From Deinococcales bacterium (lineage in GTDB: Bacteria > Deinococcota > Deinococci > Deinococcales > JAAFIG01), in assembly GCA_031414595.1 (NCBI GenBank), contig JANNVX010000018.1:128001-192000 (forward strand): DNA of 64,000 nt, read 5' to 3'. The notes under the pieces were generated by a model that did no database searches, was not told where the DNA came from, and was given only the letters and a program-made list of their open reading frames with translations. The stretch's first letter is position 1. The number at the start of each line of letters is the position of its first letter. Of the stretch, positions 1 through 8,758 are shown in pieces. Position numbers and translations under genes: made by a program.

Positions 1-86
1 TCAAGGGTCAGTAATGCTGGGGTCTGAGCGATGACAACAGAAGAAAGGGCAATAAAAGCAAGCGAGATTAAACTAGGGATTTTCAT
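1..86 (-). CDS. 5' end of a secreted protein, probably a second TolC-family protein (runs off window)
   Basis: ATG at 86 overlaps the stop of the upstream gene (ATGA); reads MKIPSLISLAFIALSSVVIAQTPALLTL, a signal peptide plus 'LTL' start like the neighbouring TolC. Confidence 0.55.
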   Translation of the reverse strand, partial: MKIPSLISLAFIALSSVVIAQTPALLTL

Positions 87-1465
87 AATAGACTCCTAAA
101 ATCGGTGTACTCGAGTGGCTTAAGGCTGGCAAAGAACTGATAGGTACTTAAAATGCTTTGCTGACTGGCATTTTGGACTTCTCGAGTGGCTTGGGCTTCG
201 AGTAGTTTGCTTTGCTCGAGTTCCAGTGTGGTGCTGAGTCCTGCGGTCACTCGAGCTTCGGTATCGGTTCGGCGCTGCCGACTGGTTTCAAGGTTGGCTT
301 TTGCCAATTCCACTTGGGCATTGGCAGCGAGGTATTGGAAAAATTTAGTTTGTACCTCGAGTTCGATGTTATTTTGGGTGTTCTCAAGAATAAGCTGCGT
401 GGTTTGTAGCACAGCTTTAGCGGTGTCTATTCGAGCCTCATTGCTTGGGGCAAGAATCGGAATACTGATTTGCAAACTAATGCTGGTGGCACTGGCACTA
501 CTGGCATTGGGGCTGTACGCACCGTTTAGGCTGAGTACGCCGGTGCCTAGATTCAGGCTTGTTCCGATTTGTGTACCTGTGGGTTTGCCATCGCTGCCGA
601 TACCACTGACCGTGGCGTTAATACCAAAATTGGGTAGCCACCTATCTCGTGTGGCGATTGCCAAGTTATCTTCGGCTTCGCGTAAGTTAATCAAAGCCCG
701 ACGAAGGTCTTGTCGGCTGATTTGGGCTTGTTTGATGTAAGCAGCTAAGTTACCTTCTTCGATTAAAATAGGTTTAAGGCTGCTGACTAAAATAAGCTCT
801 TTAGGGGTTTGCCCGAGGTTAATCAAAAAACCACGAATGGTGTTGTTTTTGAGACTCCCAATGGCTTGTAGGTTAGCTTCAGCACTTTTTAGTGCAGCCT
901 CGGCTGTCAGAACAGCTTCTCGAGTTGTGGTTTTGGCAACCAATTGCGCTTGGGTGATTTGCAAGCGCAACTTGGCAAAAGTCAGGTTTTGAGTTGCCAG
1001 TACCAGATCGGATTGTAAAAGTTGAATCGTCAAATACTGGTTAAGCAGTTGCAATTGTAAATTACTTCGGGTCTCGAGTAAATCGAGTTTAGCCCGTTCC
1101 AGATTGCGTTCGGCAACACGGACAGCATCAAAAGCTGGACTCCACGGCAGGACTATAAGACTGGCTTGGGCATTGACCGAACCCATAAAAGCCGTACCAT
1201 TCAAAGCTGGGTCAGTAGGACTCGAGACTTGATTGCGGCTGCCCTCTGCACCAATCGTGACGGTCAAACCAGCCGCACCTCTGGCAATAGCAAGGCTGCG
1301 TTCTGCCGTCAAGTACACTTGGTCAGATGTTCGCCAAGTGAGGCTCTGGGGTAATAATTTCCAAGCCTCCTCGAGCGTCAAAGCTGTTTGTGCCAAAGCA
1401 ACTGGTGTTAAACATAAAAGTAGGCTTAGGGTAACGAATGTTGCTGTTAATAAAAATCTCTGCAT
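83..1465 (-). CDS. TolC-family outer membrane efflux protein
   Basis: Signal peptide, 'LTLEEA' N-terminus, two coiled-coil/beta OEP-like halves; start moved to ATG 1465 with AGGAGG RBS. Confidence 0.8.
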   Translation of the reverse strand: MQRFLLTATFVTLSLLLCLTPVALAQTALTLEEAWKLLPQSLTWRTSDQVYLTAERSLAIARGAAGLTVTIGAEGSRNQVSSPTDPALNGTAFMGSVNAQASLIVLPWSPAFDAVRVAERNLERAKLDLLETRSNLQLQLLNQYLTIQLLQSDLVLATQNLTFAKLRLQITQAQLVAKTTTREAVLTAEAALKSAEANLQAIGSLKNNTIRGFLINLGQTPKELILVSSLKPILIEEGNLAAYIKQAQISRQDLRRALINLREAEDNLAIATRDRWLPNFGINATVSGIGSDGKPTGTQIGTSLNLGTGVLSLNGAYSPNASSASATSISLQISIPILAPSNEARIDTAKAVLQTTQLILENTQNNIELEVQTKFFQYLAANAQVELAKANLETSRQRRTDTEARVTAGLSTTLELEQSKLLEAQATREVQNASQQSILSTYQFFASLKPLEYTDFRSLL

Positions 1466-1518
1466 CTTTACCTCCTGATGCAGAGTTTCTACGATTACTT
1501 TCAAGGTTTACTCGAGGG

Positions 1519-1540
1519 TTTGACAAGATTTGGTCAAGTT
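1519..1540 (-). promoter_or_regulatory. 11-bp-period direct repeat, putative OmpR-family binding site
   Basis: Minus strand AACTTGACCAA-ATCTTGTCAAA; same motif at 2095-2127 and 2194-2237. Confidence 0.5.
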
Positions 1541-1567
1541 TCACGAGGTTGTACTTAAAGGTCAATT

Positions 1568-2044
1568 TCAATTGCCAATGACCACACTAAAGGCAATCGA
1601 ACCTTGTTGTTTGGTCAACGGATTAACCAAGTTCATGGTCATCGGGTATGTGCCACGTTTCAAGCCAGAATCGAGTTTAATCTCGAGCCGGATGACATCG
1701 TAATTGGCTTGGAACTCGGCACGTTTGAATTTGACATTGATTCCAGTCACCACACCAATCGTTTGGGTTTCAAGAGCTTTTTCTAACCGACTGGTTTCAA
1801 TTGCACCAATCGCAAATTTGGGGATTCGTACCGCCAATTCCACGTTTCTTGAGCGCAATAATTCGCCAAAGTTACGTTCTGGTAATTCCCTAGCAATCCC
1901 ATTGGCATGACTCTCAAGGTTAATGTAGATTCGGGCTGGGTCTATGCCGTTTAAGTCACGGGCTTCGAGTGGTGCAAAACCTTGGGCAAACGCAGCAATT
2001 CCTAGGGCGAGGCTAATTGCACAAGCAGCAATTATTTTTTTCAT
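1568..2044 (-). CDS. Hypothetical secreted protein
   Basis: MKKIIAACAISLALGIAAFA signal peptide; AGGAG RBS. Confidence 0.75.
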   Translation of the reverse strand: MKKIIAACAISLALGIAAFAQGFAPLEARDLNGIDPARIYINLESHANGIARELPERNFGELLRSRNVELAVRIPKFAIGAIETSRLEKALETQTIGVVTGINVKFKRAEFQANYDVIRLEIKLDSGLKRGTYPMTMNLVNPLTKQQGSIAFSVVIGN

Positions 2045-2193
2045 GTTCAACTCCTATGTTCGAGGTTATCTCGACTTGGCTATTCTGGGCTGCCTTTGCC
2101 AAGTTCGATTCGAGCTTCTGTCAAGGTCTTGGCGACTTTTCGGGCTTCATAAAAATCCTTTGATAGACAGCATTTTCGATGTTTTTATGGCTA

Positions 2194-2237
2194 GTCTTGT
2201 GCAAATCTTGATAAATTCTTTGAGTAATCTTGGTAAA
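2194..2237 (+). promoter_or_regulatory. Four 11-bp direct repeats, putative response-regulator operator
   Basis: GTCTTGTGCAA ATCTTGATAAA TTCTTTGAGTA ATCTTGGTAAA just before -10 TAAACT (2244-2249). Confidence 0.55.
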
Positions 2238-2256
2238 ACCACTTAAACTGCTGCTT

Positions 2257-2937
2257 ATGAATCCCAATCCTTTAATTTTGATTGTTGAGGATGAACCCGA
2301 TATTGCTGGGTTACTCGAGGCATACTTGCGCCGCGATGGTTTTAGGACTGAACGAGCAGCCGACGGCTCGAGTGCCATGCGTTTGTACAAAACCGCCAAA
2401 CCAGATTTGATTTTACTGGACGTAAATATCCCAGACATAGATGGTTTTGAGGTGTTGCAAAAAATTCGCAGTACCAGCCAAACCCCAGTGATTATGGTCA
2501 CGGCGATGGCAGAGGATTTGGATAAATTACTGGGCTTAAAACTTGGTGCAGACGATTACGTGGTTAAACCATTTTCACCGCTCGAGGTCGTGGCTCGGGT
2601 CAAAGCTGTGCTGCGCCGAGTTGGAACACAAACCGCAACACAACCCTTGCGTTTTGCCAACCTTGAACTCGACCCTGTGGCAGTCCGTGTGCGCGTGGCA
2701 GGGCAAAGACTCGAGACCACCTTGACCGAATACCGTATCTTGGAGCATTTGCTGCGCCACCCAAACCGCACCTTTACGCGAGGTGAACTCCTCGAAATCG
2801 CCTTACCCGAATCTGATGCTTTAGAGCGGGTGATAGACACCCATCTGGGCAATTTACGCAAAAAACTAGAACGGGCTGGAATACCCGAAATGATTGAAAC
2901 TGTGCGTGGCATGGGTTTTAGACTATGCCTCGAGTGA
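2257..2937 (+). CDS. OmpR/PhoB-family response regulator (BaeR-like)
   Basis: ILIVEDE, LILLD, GADDYVVKPF receiver motifs and C-terminal wHTH ETVRGMGF. Confidence 0.95.
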   Translation: MNPNPLILIVEDEPDIAGLLEAYLRRDGFRTERAADGSSAMRLYKTAKPDLILLDVNIPDIDGFEVLQKIRSTSQTPVIMVTAMAEDLDKLLGLKLGADDYVVKPFSPLEVVARVKAVLRRVGTQTATQPLRFANLELDPVAVRVRVAGQRLETTLTEYRILEHLLRHPNRTFTRGELLEIALPESDALERVIDTHLGNLRKKLERAGIPEMIETVRGMGFRLCLE

Positions 2938-4178
2938 AGGCTTTATGGTTGTATTGGCGCAGAAAAATGCGTTCAATCGGTTCAGATTTAGGTTGGACAA
3001 TGTTTGGCTTAGTGACCTTTACAGTGATTGCTGTTTTTGTTGTGATTACTTATATTTATCTTCTTTACTGGGATAATTTTAGTAAGTTTAGTGCTGAAAT
3101 TTTAGCCAAGCGCTACAAAATTTCGGAAACTGCACTCGATAAATTGGTAGATGAAGCCAGTTTGCGGGTTGAACAAAAATTTGACTCAAGTTTTCTTGAC
3201 CCTTCGGAACAAATTTTTCTATTTGTACTATTTTTAACCATGGTCTTGTTGCCAAGTTTATTGGCTTGGTGGTTGTCACGCCGCTTTGCCAACCCACTGA
3301 CTGAATTATCCAAAGCAGCCCACCAAATTACCAATGGTGATTTCTCGGCACGGATCAAATTAACCAAGAATCTCGAGAAACGCGAGGATGAAACCGCCTT
3401 GTTACTTAAAGATTTTAATGTCATGGCACAATTTTTAGATAACTTTGAGCAGGAACGCAAATACAGTTTAGCGGCAGTAGCCCACGAACTTCGTACCCCA
3501 GTAACAGTCCTGCGCGGACGGCTCGAGGGTGTACGTGACGGTGTGTTGATGGCTGATACGGCTGAGCTTGAGAAATTACTGGGTCATGCGGATTTACTTT
3601 CAAAACTGATTGATGATTTACAACTGCTTTCCCTTGCCGAAGCTGGCGAACTACGCCTCGAGAAACGAGTTTTTATAGTTCAGGATTTACTTTCACGAAT
3701 TCATGCCGATTTTCTGCCTAAAGCCGAGCAGCAACAAATCACCCTACGATTGCAGCAGCCACCAGAAATGGTGCAAATCAATGGCGACCAGCAACGTTTG
3801 TATCAAGTCTTGAGTAATATTCTTAATAATGCCCTACGCCACACACCGGCTGACGGACAAATTAGATTGCAATTGTGGGTACTTGAAAAAACCGTGCAAC
3901 TCGAGATTCAAGACTCTGGTGCGGGGTTCTCTGAAGAAACCATGCGTCGGGCTTTTGAACGTTTTTACCGCAGTGCAGACCGCGCCCGAAAACATGGTGG
4001 CAGTGGACTTGGTTTAAGCATCTCAAAATCGTTAATCGAAGCCCACAATGGTCAAATTCAATTGATGCCAAGCCAGCAAGGGGCATGTATACGACTTACT
4101 TTGAAAAAAATTGACACCAAAATGCCAACACCAAAAAACTATTCTCGAGCCACTAACAAGGGTATAAAACCAAAGTAA
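2925..4178 (+). CDS. Sensor histidine kinase (2 TM, HAMP, HisKA, HATPase; BaeS-like)
   Basis: AHELRTP H-box, NILNNALRH N-box, DSGAG and GSGLGLSI G-boxes. Confidence 0.95.
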   Translation: MPRVKALWLYWRRKMRSIGSDLGWTMFGLVTFTVIAVFVVITYIYLLYWDNFSKFSAEILAKRYKISETALDKLVDEASLRVEQKFDSSFLDPSEQIFLFVLFLTMVLLPSLLAWWLSRRFANPLTELSKAAHQITNGDFSARIKLTKNLEKREDETALLLKDFNVMAQFLDNFEQERKYSLAAVAHELRTPVTVLRGRLEGVRDGVLMADTAELEKLLGHADLLSKLIDDLQLLSLAEAGELRLEKRVFIVQDLLSRIHADFLPKAEQQQITLRLQQPPEMVQINGDQQRLYQVLSNILNNALRHTPADGQIRLQLWVLEKTVQLEIQDSGAGFSEETMRRAFERFYRSADRARKHGGSGLGLSISKSLIEAHNGQIQLMPSQQGACIRLTLKKIDTKMPTPKNYSRATNKGIKPK

Positions 4179-4196
4179 AACCCAGAAGGTGGTGGA

Positions 4197-6488
4197 TCAT
4201 TCAAGTAAATCGGTTAATTGCCGAGGGTTGACATCAATCCGTACCCGCACACCACCTTCACGGTAGCTTCTAGCAGGTTCTAGCAGTTGGGTTAGGCGTT
4301 CTCGAGTATCAGCCCGTACAAGTAACTGATAAACAAAAAGCCCTTTGACTCGAGCAATTCCAGCCGGCGCAGGACCAAGCAGTTCTAAACTAACTGCGCC
4401 TCGGTCACGGATTAAGCCACCCAGTTTACTCGAGGCAATTTCGGCATCCCCAACCCGACGGGCAGAAACTTGAATCTGTGCCATTTGTGCAAAAGGCGGG
4501 TACAAAAAGGCTTGGCGGCTCTCGAGTTCACTCTTTGCAAAACTGCTGGAATCTTCAGAATTTTGAATTTGTTGAATAGCTTTATGTTGCCCATCAAAGG
4601 TTTGAATCAACAGTAACGGCGCTCGAGTCGGATGCCATTCTAAGAGTTGCCGCAAGAGCAAATGGAAGCGTTCACCCGCCCTAAAATCGGGACTCGAGTG
4701 CATTGTATCGGCAAAGGAAATAGCGATTAAAGCTAAGTTTGGCGGTGGCGGCAAGCCCAACACAGCCGTTGTACCAACAACAATTCCACTTTCGCCAGCG
4801 TAAATAGGAGTTAAGTCATCTTTGAATTCGCGGTCAAAACGAAACAGGTTGGTTTGCGGTAAAAAACCACGTAACTCACGGACAATCCATTCACTGCCAG
4901 GTCCTTTTGGGGACAGCACTGTCCCTTCACAATTGGGACAACGGGTTGGCGGAACGGTGCTGTAGCCACACTGATGACACTCGAGGGTTCGAGCCGCCGC
5001 ATGGAATTTAAGGGCGACATCACAATGCGGGCAGTACGGAATCCAAGCGCAGTCTTTGCAACGCAGCATCGCGCTGTAGCCACGGCGCGGCGCAATGATC
5101 ACAGCTTGACGACCTCGTTCAGCAATTTGGCGCAGCACCCGTTTTAAGTCAGTGGAAATCGGAAATGAATCCCGAGCAATTGGCATATTCGACATTGGTC
5201 CGGTCTCTGGGGCTTTTGGGGCGGCATTAAAATCCACGACATGGATTCGAGCCGTGGGTGGCGGTAAAACTACCCCGTCTAAGTCAAGGCTTTCGGTGGC
5301 GGGTACACTGCCAACAAATAAAACTCGAGCCTTGGCATGTTTGGCGCGGGTTAAAACTGCATCTGGGATAAAAACCCGAGAGCCACCATGAAGTTTCCAA
5401 GCATCGGATAATTCATCCTCGAGAATAATTAAAGCCAAATCTGGGAGTGGCGCAAACAACGCCATTGGCGTTCCAAACAAAATCGGGATTGTTCCAGTGG
5501 CGCAAAAGCGCCAAACCGCTTCGCGTTCCAGTGGACGCAAAGCCCCGTGCAGCATGGCACTTTTTGCCAGTTCGCCAAGTGCCTTGTATGCCCGCTCGAG
5601 TCGTACATGGTCTGGTGCGAGATACAGCACACAATGCCCATTTTTGACGGCTTTGAGGATTAAGGATTGTAAGACCGCGAAACGCTCACGGGGTTTTGCT
5701 CCATGTAAACGCGCAGTAGCCAATCCCTCGAGTTTTTGTGCTGCCGCCAGATGCACCGCTTTGACAATTGGTCGCTCAAAAGATTGCCCAAAATTCGGCA
5801 TGGTCAGAGGTAACGGCTCGAGTTCGCGCCTTGCCGCACCCTTCTCGAGTAACTTCGAGACCATGCTCGGGCTGACCCCAGCCTCCAGTCCCCAAGCCTT
5901 CAAGGTGTAAAAACCACCCGCTTCGCGCAGTACCTCGAGGGCTGCCGTTTGTTTATCGGTCAGGGGCAGGTCTGCGTTGGTGGCTTGAATAATTTCACGG
6001 CTTGGCAATTCTAAGCGCACATCCTCGAGTAACAAACCCTGTCCACGTAAAAAATCTAAGATACTTGGGTCAAGGGCTGTTGCATTTTGGCGCTGCTCGA
6101 GTAGTCGTGCTTGTTCTGGCAGGGTTTCTAAGTTTATTCCAGCCACCAATTGTACACGGTGACTAAAATTTGGCTCGAGACCAAAGGGCATAAAATCTTG
6201 ATAGACCAAACCATCAAAACTTAGGCTTTGTTGTGCCACAGCTAGAAGGGCAGCGCAAGCATCGGGCGTAAAAATTGGTTCAGTGTCCAGAACTGCAATC
6301 GTGTCTTTGATGCTTGTGGCACGGTCTAACGTGCCGTCTAAGACTGCTAGTACCACCCCGACCCTCGAGCCACCCTGCCACGGCACAAGCACCCGCTTAC
6401 CAAGACCAAGGTGCGGTTTGCCAATGGGTTGGAAATCATAGGCTGGAAGTGGCAATGCCACAGCCACGCGCCAACGAGGGTACTTCAT
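4197..6488 (-). CDS. priA: Primosomal protein N' (PriA), ATPase motifs degenerate
   Basis: RRGY + CxxC-CxxC-CxxC-CxxC zinc region, DFRAGER, YPPF, LGPAPA, RIDVNP. Confidence 0.9.
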   Translation of the reverse strand: MKYPRWRVAVALPLPAYDFQPIGKPHLGLGKRVLVPWQGGSRVGVVLAVLDGTLDRATSIKDTIAVLDTEPIFTPDACAALLAVAQQSLSFDGLVYQDFMPFGLEPNFSHRVQLVAGINLETLPEQARLLEQRQNATALDPSILDFLRGQGLLLEDVRLELPSREIIQATNADLPLTDKQTAALEVLREAGGFYTLKAWGLEAGVSPSMVSKLLEKGAARRELEPLPLTMPNFGQSFERPIVKAVHLAAAQKLEGLATARLHGAKPRERFAVLQSLILKAVKNGHCVLYLAPDHVRLERAYKALGELAKSAMLHGALRPLEREAVWRFCATGTIPILFGTPMALFAPLPDLALIILEDELSDAWKLHGGSRVFIPDAVLTRAKHAKARVLFVGSVPATESLDLDGVVLPPPTARIHVVDFNAAPKAPETGPMSNMPIARDSFPISTDLKRVLRQIAERGRQAVIIAPRRGYSAMLRCKDCAWIPYCPHCDVALKFHAAARTLECHQCGYSTVPPTRCPNCEGTVLSPKGPGSEWIVRELRGFLPQTNLFRFDREFKDDLTPIYAGESGIVVGTTAVLGLPPPPNLALIAISFADTMHSSPDFRAGERFHLLLRQLLEWHPTRAPLLLIQTFDGQHKAIQQIQNSEDSSSFAKSELESRQAFLYPPFAQMAQIQVSARRVGDAEIASSKLGGLIRDRGAVSLELLGPAPAGIARVKGLFVYQLLVRADTRERLTQLLEPARSYREGGVRVRIDVNPRQLTDLLE

Positions 6489-6754
6489 CTTTTTCGATAC
6501 GTGCGTTTGCTTCGACGCTCAATACCAATAATCCACATTTTATGACTTTCCACGCCAATATAAAAAATAATTCGATCTGGAGGAACTTTTAATCGCAAAT
6601 ACCCAGAATTTTGAACTGTTTCAATATCCCCAGCTTGATGGCTAACGTACATCAGAATTTTCTCGAGTAAACGTGATTGTTGTTTTTTAGTAAAGGTTTT
6701 CTCGAATAACAGTTGAACCTCATCTGAATCCCAGTCCCATCCTGTTACAATCAC
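6485..6754 (-). CDS. RelE/ParE-family toxin
   Basis: 89 aa; LRLKVPPDRIIF...IIGIERR...Y resembles the RelE RLRVGDYRIIY...HR..Y pattern. Confidence 0.6.
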   Translation of the reverse strand: MIVTGWDWDSDEVQLLFEKTFTKKQQSRLLEKILMYVSHQAGDIETVQNSGYLRLKVPPDRIIFYIGVESHKMWIIGIERRSKRTYRKR

Positions 6755-7014
6755 AATCGTTTACCTCGTTGTTCAACAACATCAATCAACGATTGCTCAT
6801 AAGATGAGGCTGCTTCACCTTTTGGAATTTGAAGCATATAATCTTGCAATTTCACCTTGGCGCTCATCTTTTCTGAGACTGGAATTTCAGGGATTTCAAT
6901 TTCAGAAATGATTTTCTCGAGCGCTTGTTTACGACTTCTTAAACCATGTATTTTACGAAAAGCATCCAAGCGAACCATAGCCTTTTTGGAAACCACTTGT
7001 TCAAGCATTGTCAT
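6751..7014 (-). CDS. Putative antitoxin
   Basis: 87 aa, RHH-like N-terminus, ATGA overlap with the toxin, -10 TAGAAT 6 nt upstream. Confidence 0.5.
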   Translation of the reverse strand: MTMLEQVVSKKAMVRLDAFRKIHGLRSRKQALEKIISEIEIPEIPVSEKMSAKVKLQDYMLQIPKGEAASSYEQSLIDVVEQRGKRL

Positions 7015-7074
7015 AACACTATTCTACTCTGTCTCAGCCGTAAAACCAAGTTTGTCTCGAGGACATACCATAAC

Positions 7075-8682
7075 TTAGGGTGTGCGAATTGCAAAGTTCT
7101 GGGTTTTTGCTTCGCCTTTGCTCAGACTTAAACTGATGTTAGGAGGGCTGGTTCTGGTCAAATGCCCAACCAACCAAGCATCGTATTGGGTTAAACGCAC
7201 ATAAACTCCAGGCTTATTAGGTAAGGCACAACCGATACCAAAACTAACTACACCAACTTGACGTAAACCTGTTTGATTTGCCACATAAAGTGGTCCACCA
7301 CTGTCACCTTGGCAAGTGTCAATAAAACCAGCCGCAAAACCAGCGCAAAGCATGTTAGTGGTAATGGATAAACCAGACAATTGAGCAGCACAGGCAGCAT
7401 TTGAAATAATTGGCACACTGGATTCTTGAAGGTCACTTGGAAATACTTGTGGGTCATTGCCGTTAAGTGCGCCCCAACCGACAATTAAACCATTGACCCC
7501 TGCGGCGGCTAAGGCTGTTTCACTAGGCAAAATAGCGCGAATGGTGTCTTTGTTGCTTGGAAGCGATAATTTAAGCAAAGCAATATCATTATCATTCCCA
7601 AGGCTGTTGTAACTGGGGTGAACAATAATTTGTGCCACACTTAAGCGAGTTAATGGATTCTCGAGTTTAGTGAAACCGATGGCGACGTTAATACTTGATG
7701 CAGAACTCACAACATTGTTTTCTACGACGCAATGAGCGGCGGTTAGAACCCATTCGGGAGCAATCAGGCTGCCACCACAAAATTGTGCATTGAATGGATT
7801 CCCCACGCTCGATTGTAAAAGCGCCACGATTGAGTTCCACTTGCCAATTGGCGCAACTGTGCCACCAACAATTTGCGTGGTTAAACGACCAGAATTCACG
7901 CCTAGACTCGAGCCGTAGCCAACTGGCATTTCGTGACGCACACGGTAAGAACCAGCCTTAAGGCGGTTAAAACTATAATTGCCATTGGCATCGCTTAGGG
8001 TTTGGGCTTCGAGAGTATCCGGTGAACCATTGTTATTATCATCTAACCAAACAGTCCAACCACTTCGGGCGGTATCTAGCCCATCTTGACTAGAATTTTT
8101 GTTCTGGTCAAAGAACAATTTTCCACTGACCAGCGCACTTTTTGTAATTGCAATCAATGCAGTTTGGCTCTTACTTGGGTTTGCAAGACTGGTGGCAGTG
8201 ATTGTGACATTGGTGCTGCTGTCTGGCGGAGTGAACAAACCAACACTGGTAATTGTTCCAGCCGTGGCACTCCAAGTCACACCCGTATTACTCGAGCCTG
8301 TCACCAATGCACTTAAAGTCACGATTTCTGCTGACTCGAGACTTGCAGGTGCGGTGAAACTAATACTCACTTCGGGGGCGGCGGTCACATTAACGGTTGC
8401 CGAGCCAGATTTTGTGGCATCTTGTTTACTGGTCGCAGTAATGGTGACACTACCAAGTGTATTTGGGGCAGTGAACAAACCACTTTGCGAAATCGTGCCA
8501 GCACTGGCTGACCATTGCACCGAAAGGTCGCCTGTACCAACAACGGCTGCATTGAATTGCTGCGTTACAAATGCTTGTACACTGACAGTTAAAGGCGCAA
8601 TACTGATGCTTTGAATACTGTTAGGGGTAGGACAAGCCGTTAAAGCACAAGCCAACAAGACTATTAAAATTTTATTCGACAT
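7075..8682 (-). CDS. Lipoprotein: Ig-like repeats + SdrD-B-like domain + trypsin-like (S1A) serine protease
   Basis: Lipobox LTAC; IVGG, TAAHC, DIALL, GDSGGP. Confidence 0.9.
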   Translation of the reverse strand: MSNKILIVLLACALTACPTPNSIQSISIAPLTVSVQAFVTQQFNAAVVGTGDLSVQWSASAGTISQSGLFTAPNTLGSVTITATSKQDATKSGSATVNVTAAPEVSISFTAPASLESAEIVTLSALVTGSSNTGVTWSATAGTITSVGLFTPPDSSTNVTITATSLANPSKSQTALIAITKSALVSGKLFFDQNKNSSQDGLDTARSGWTVWLDDNNNGSPDTLEAQTLSDANGNYSFNRLKAGSYRVRHEMPVGYGSSLGVNSGRLTTQIVGGTVAPIGKWNSIVALLQSSVGNPFNAQFCGGSLIAPEWVLTAAHCVVENNVVSSASSINVAIGFTKLENPLTRLSVAQIIVHPSYNSLGNDNDIALLKLSLPSNKDTIRAILPSETALAAAGVNGLIVGWGALNGNDPQVFPSDLQESSVPIISNAACAAQLSGLSITTNMLCAGFAAGFIDTCQGDSGGPLYVANQTGLRQVGVVSFGIGCALPNKPGVYVRLTQYDAWLVGHLTRTSPPNISLSLSKGEAKTQNFAIRTP

Positions 8683-8758
8683 AAGACAGCTTATCAAGTA
8701 AATTCAAAAATAGCCTGAAATCAAAAAAAATGCGGTTTCTAACGCAAAATACTCGAGC

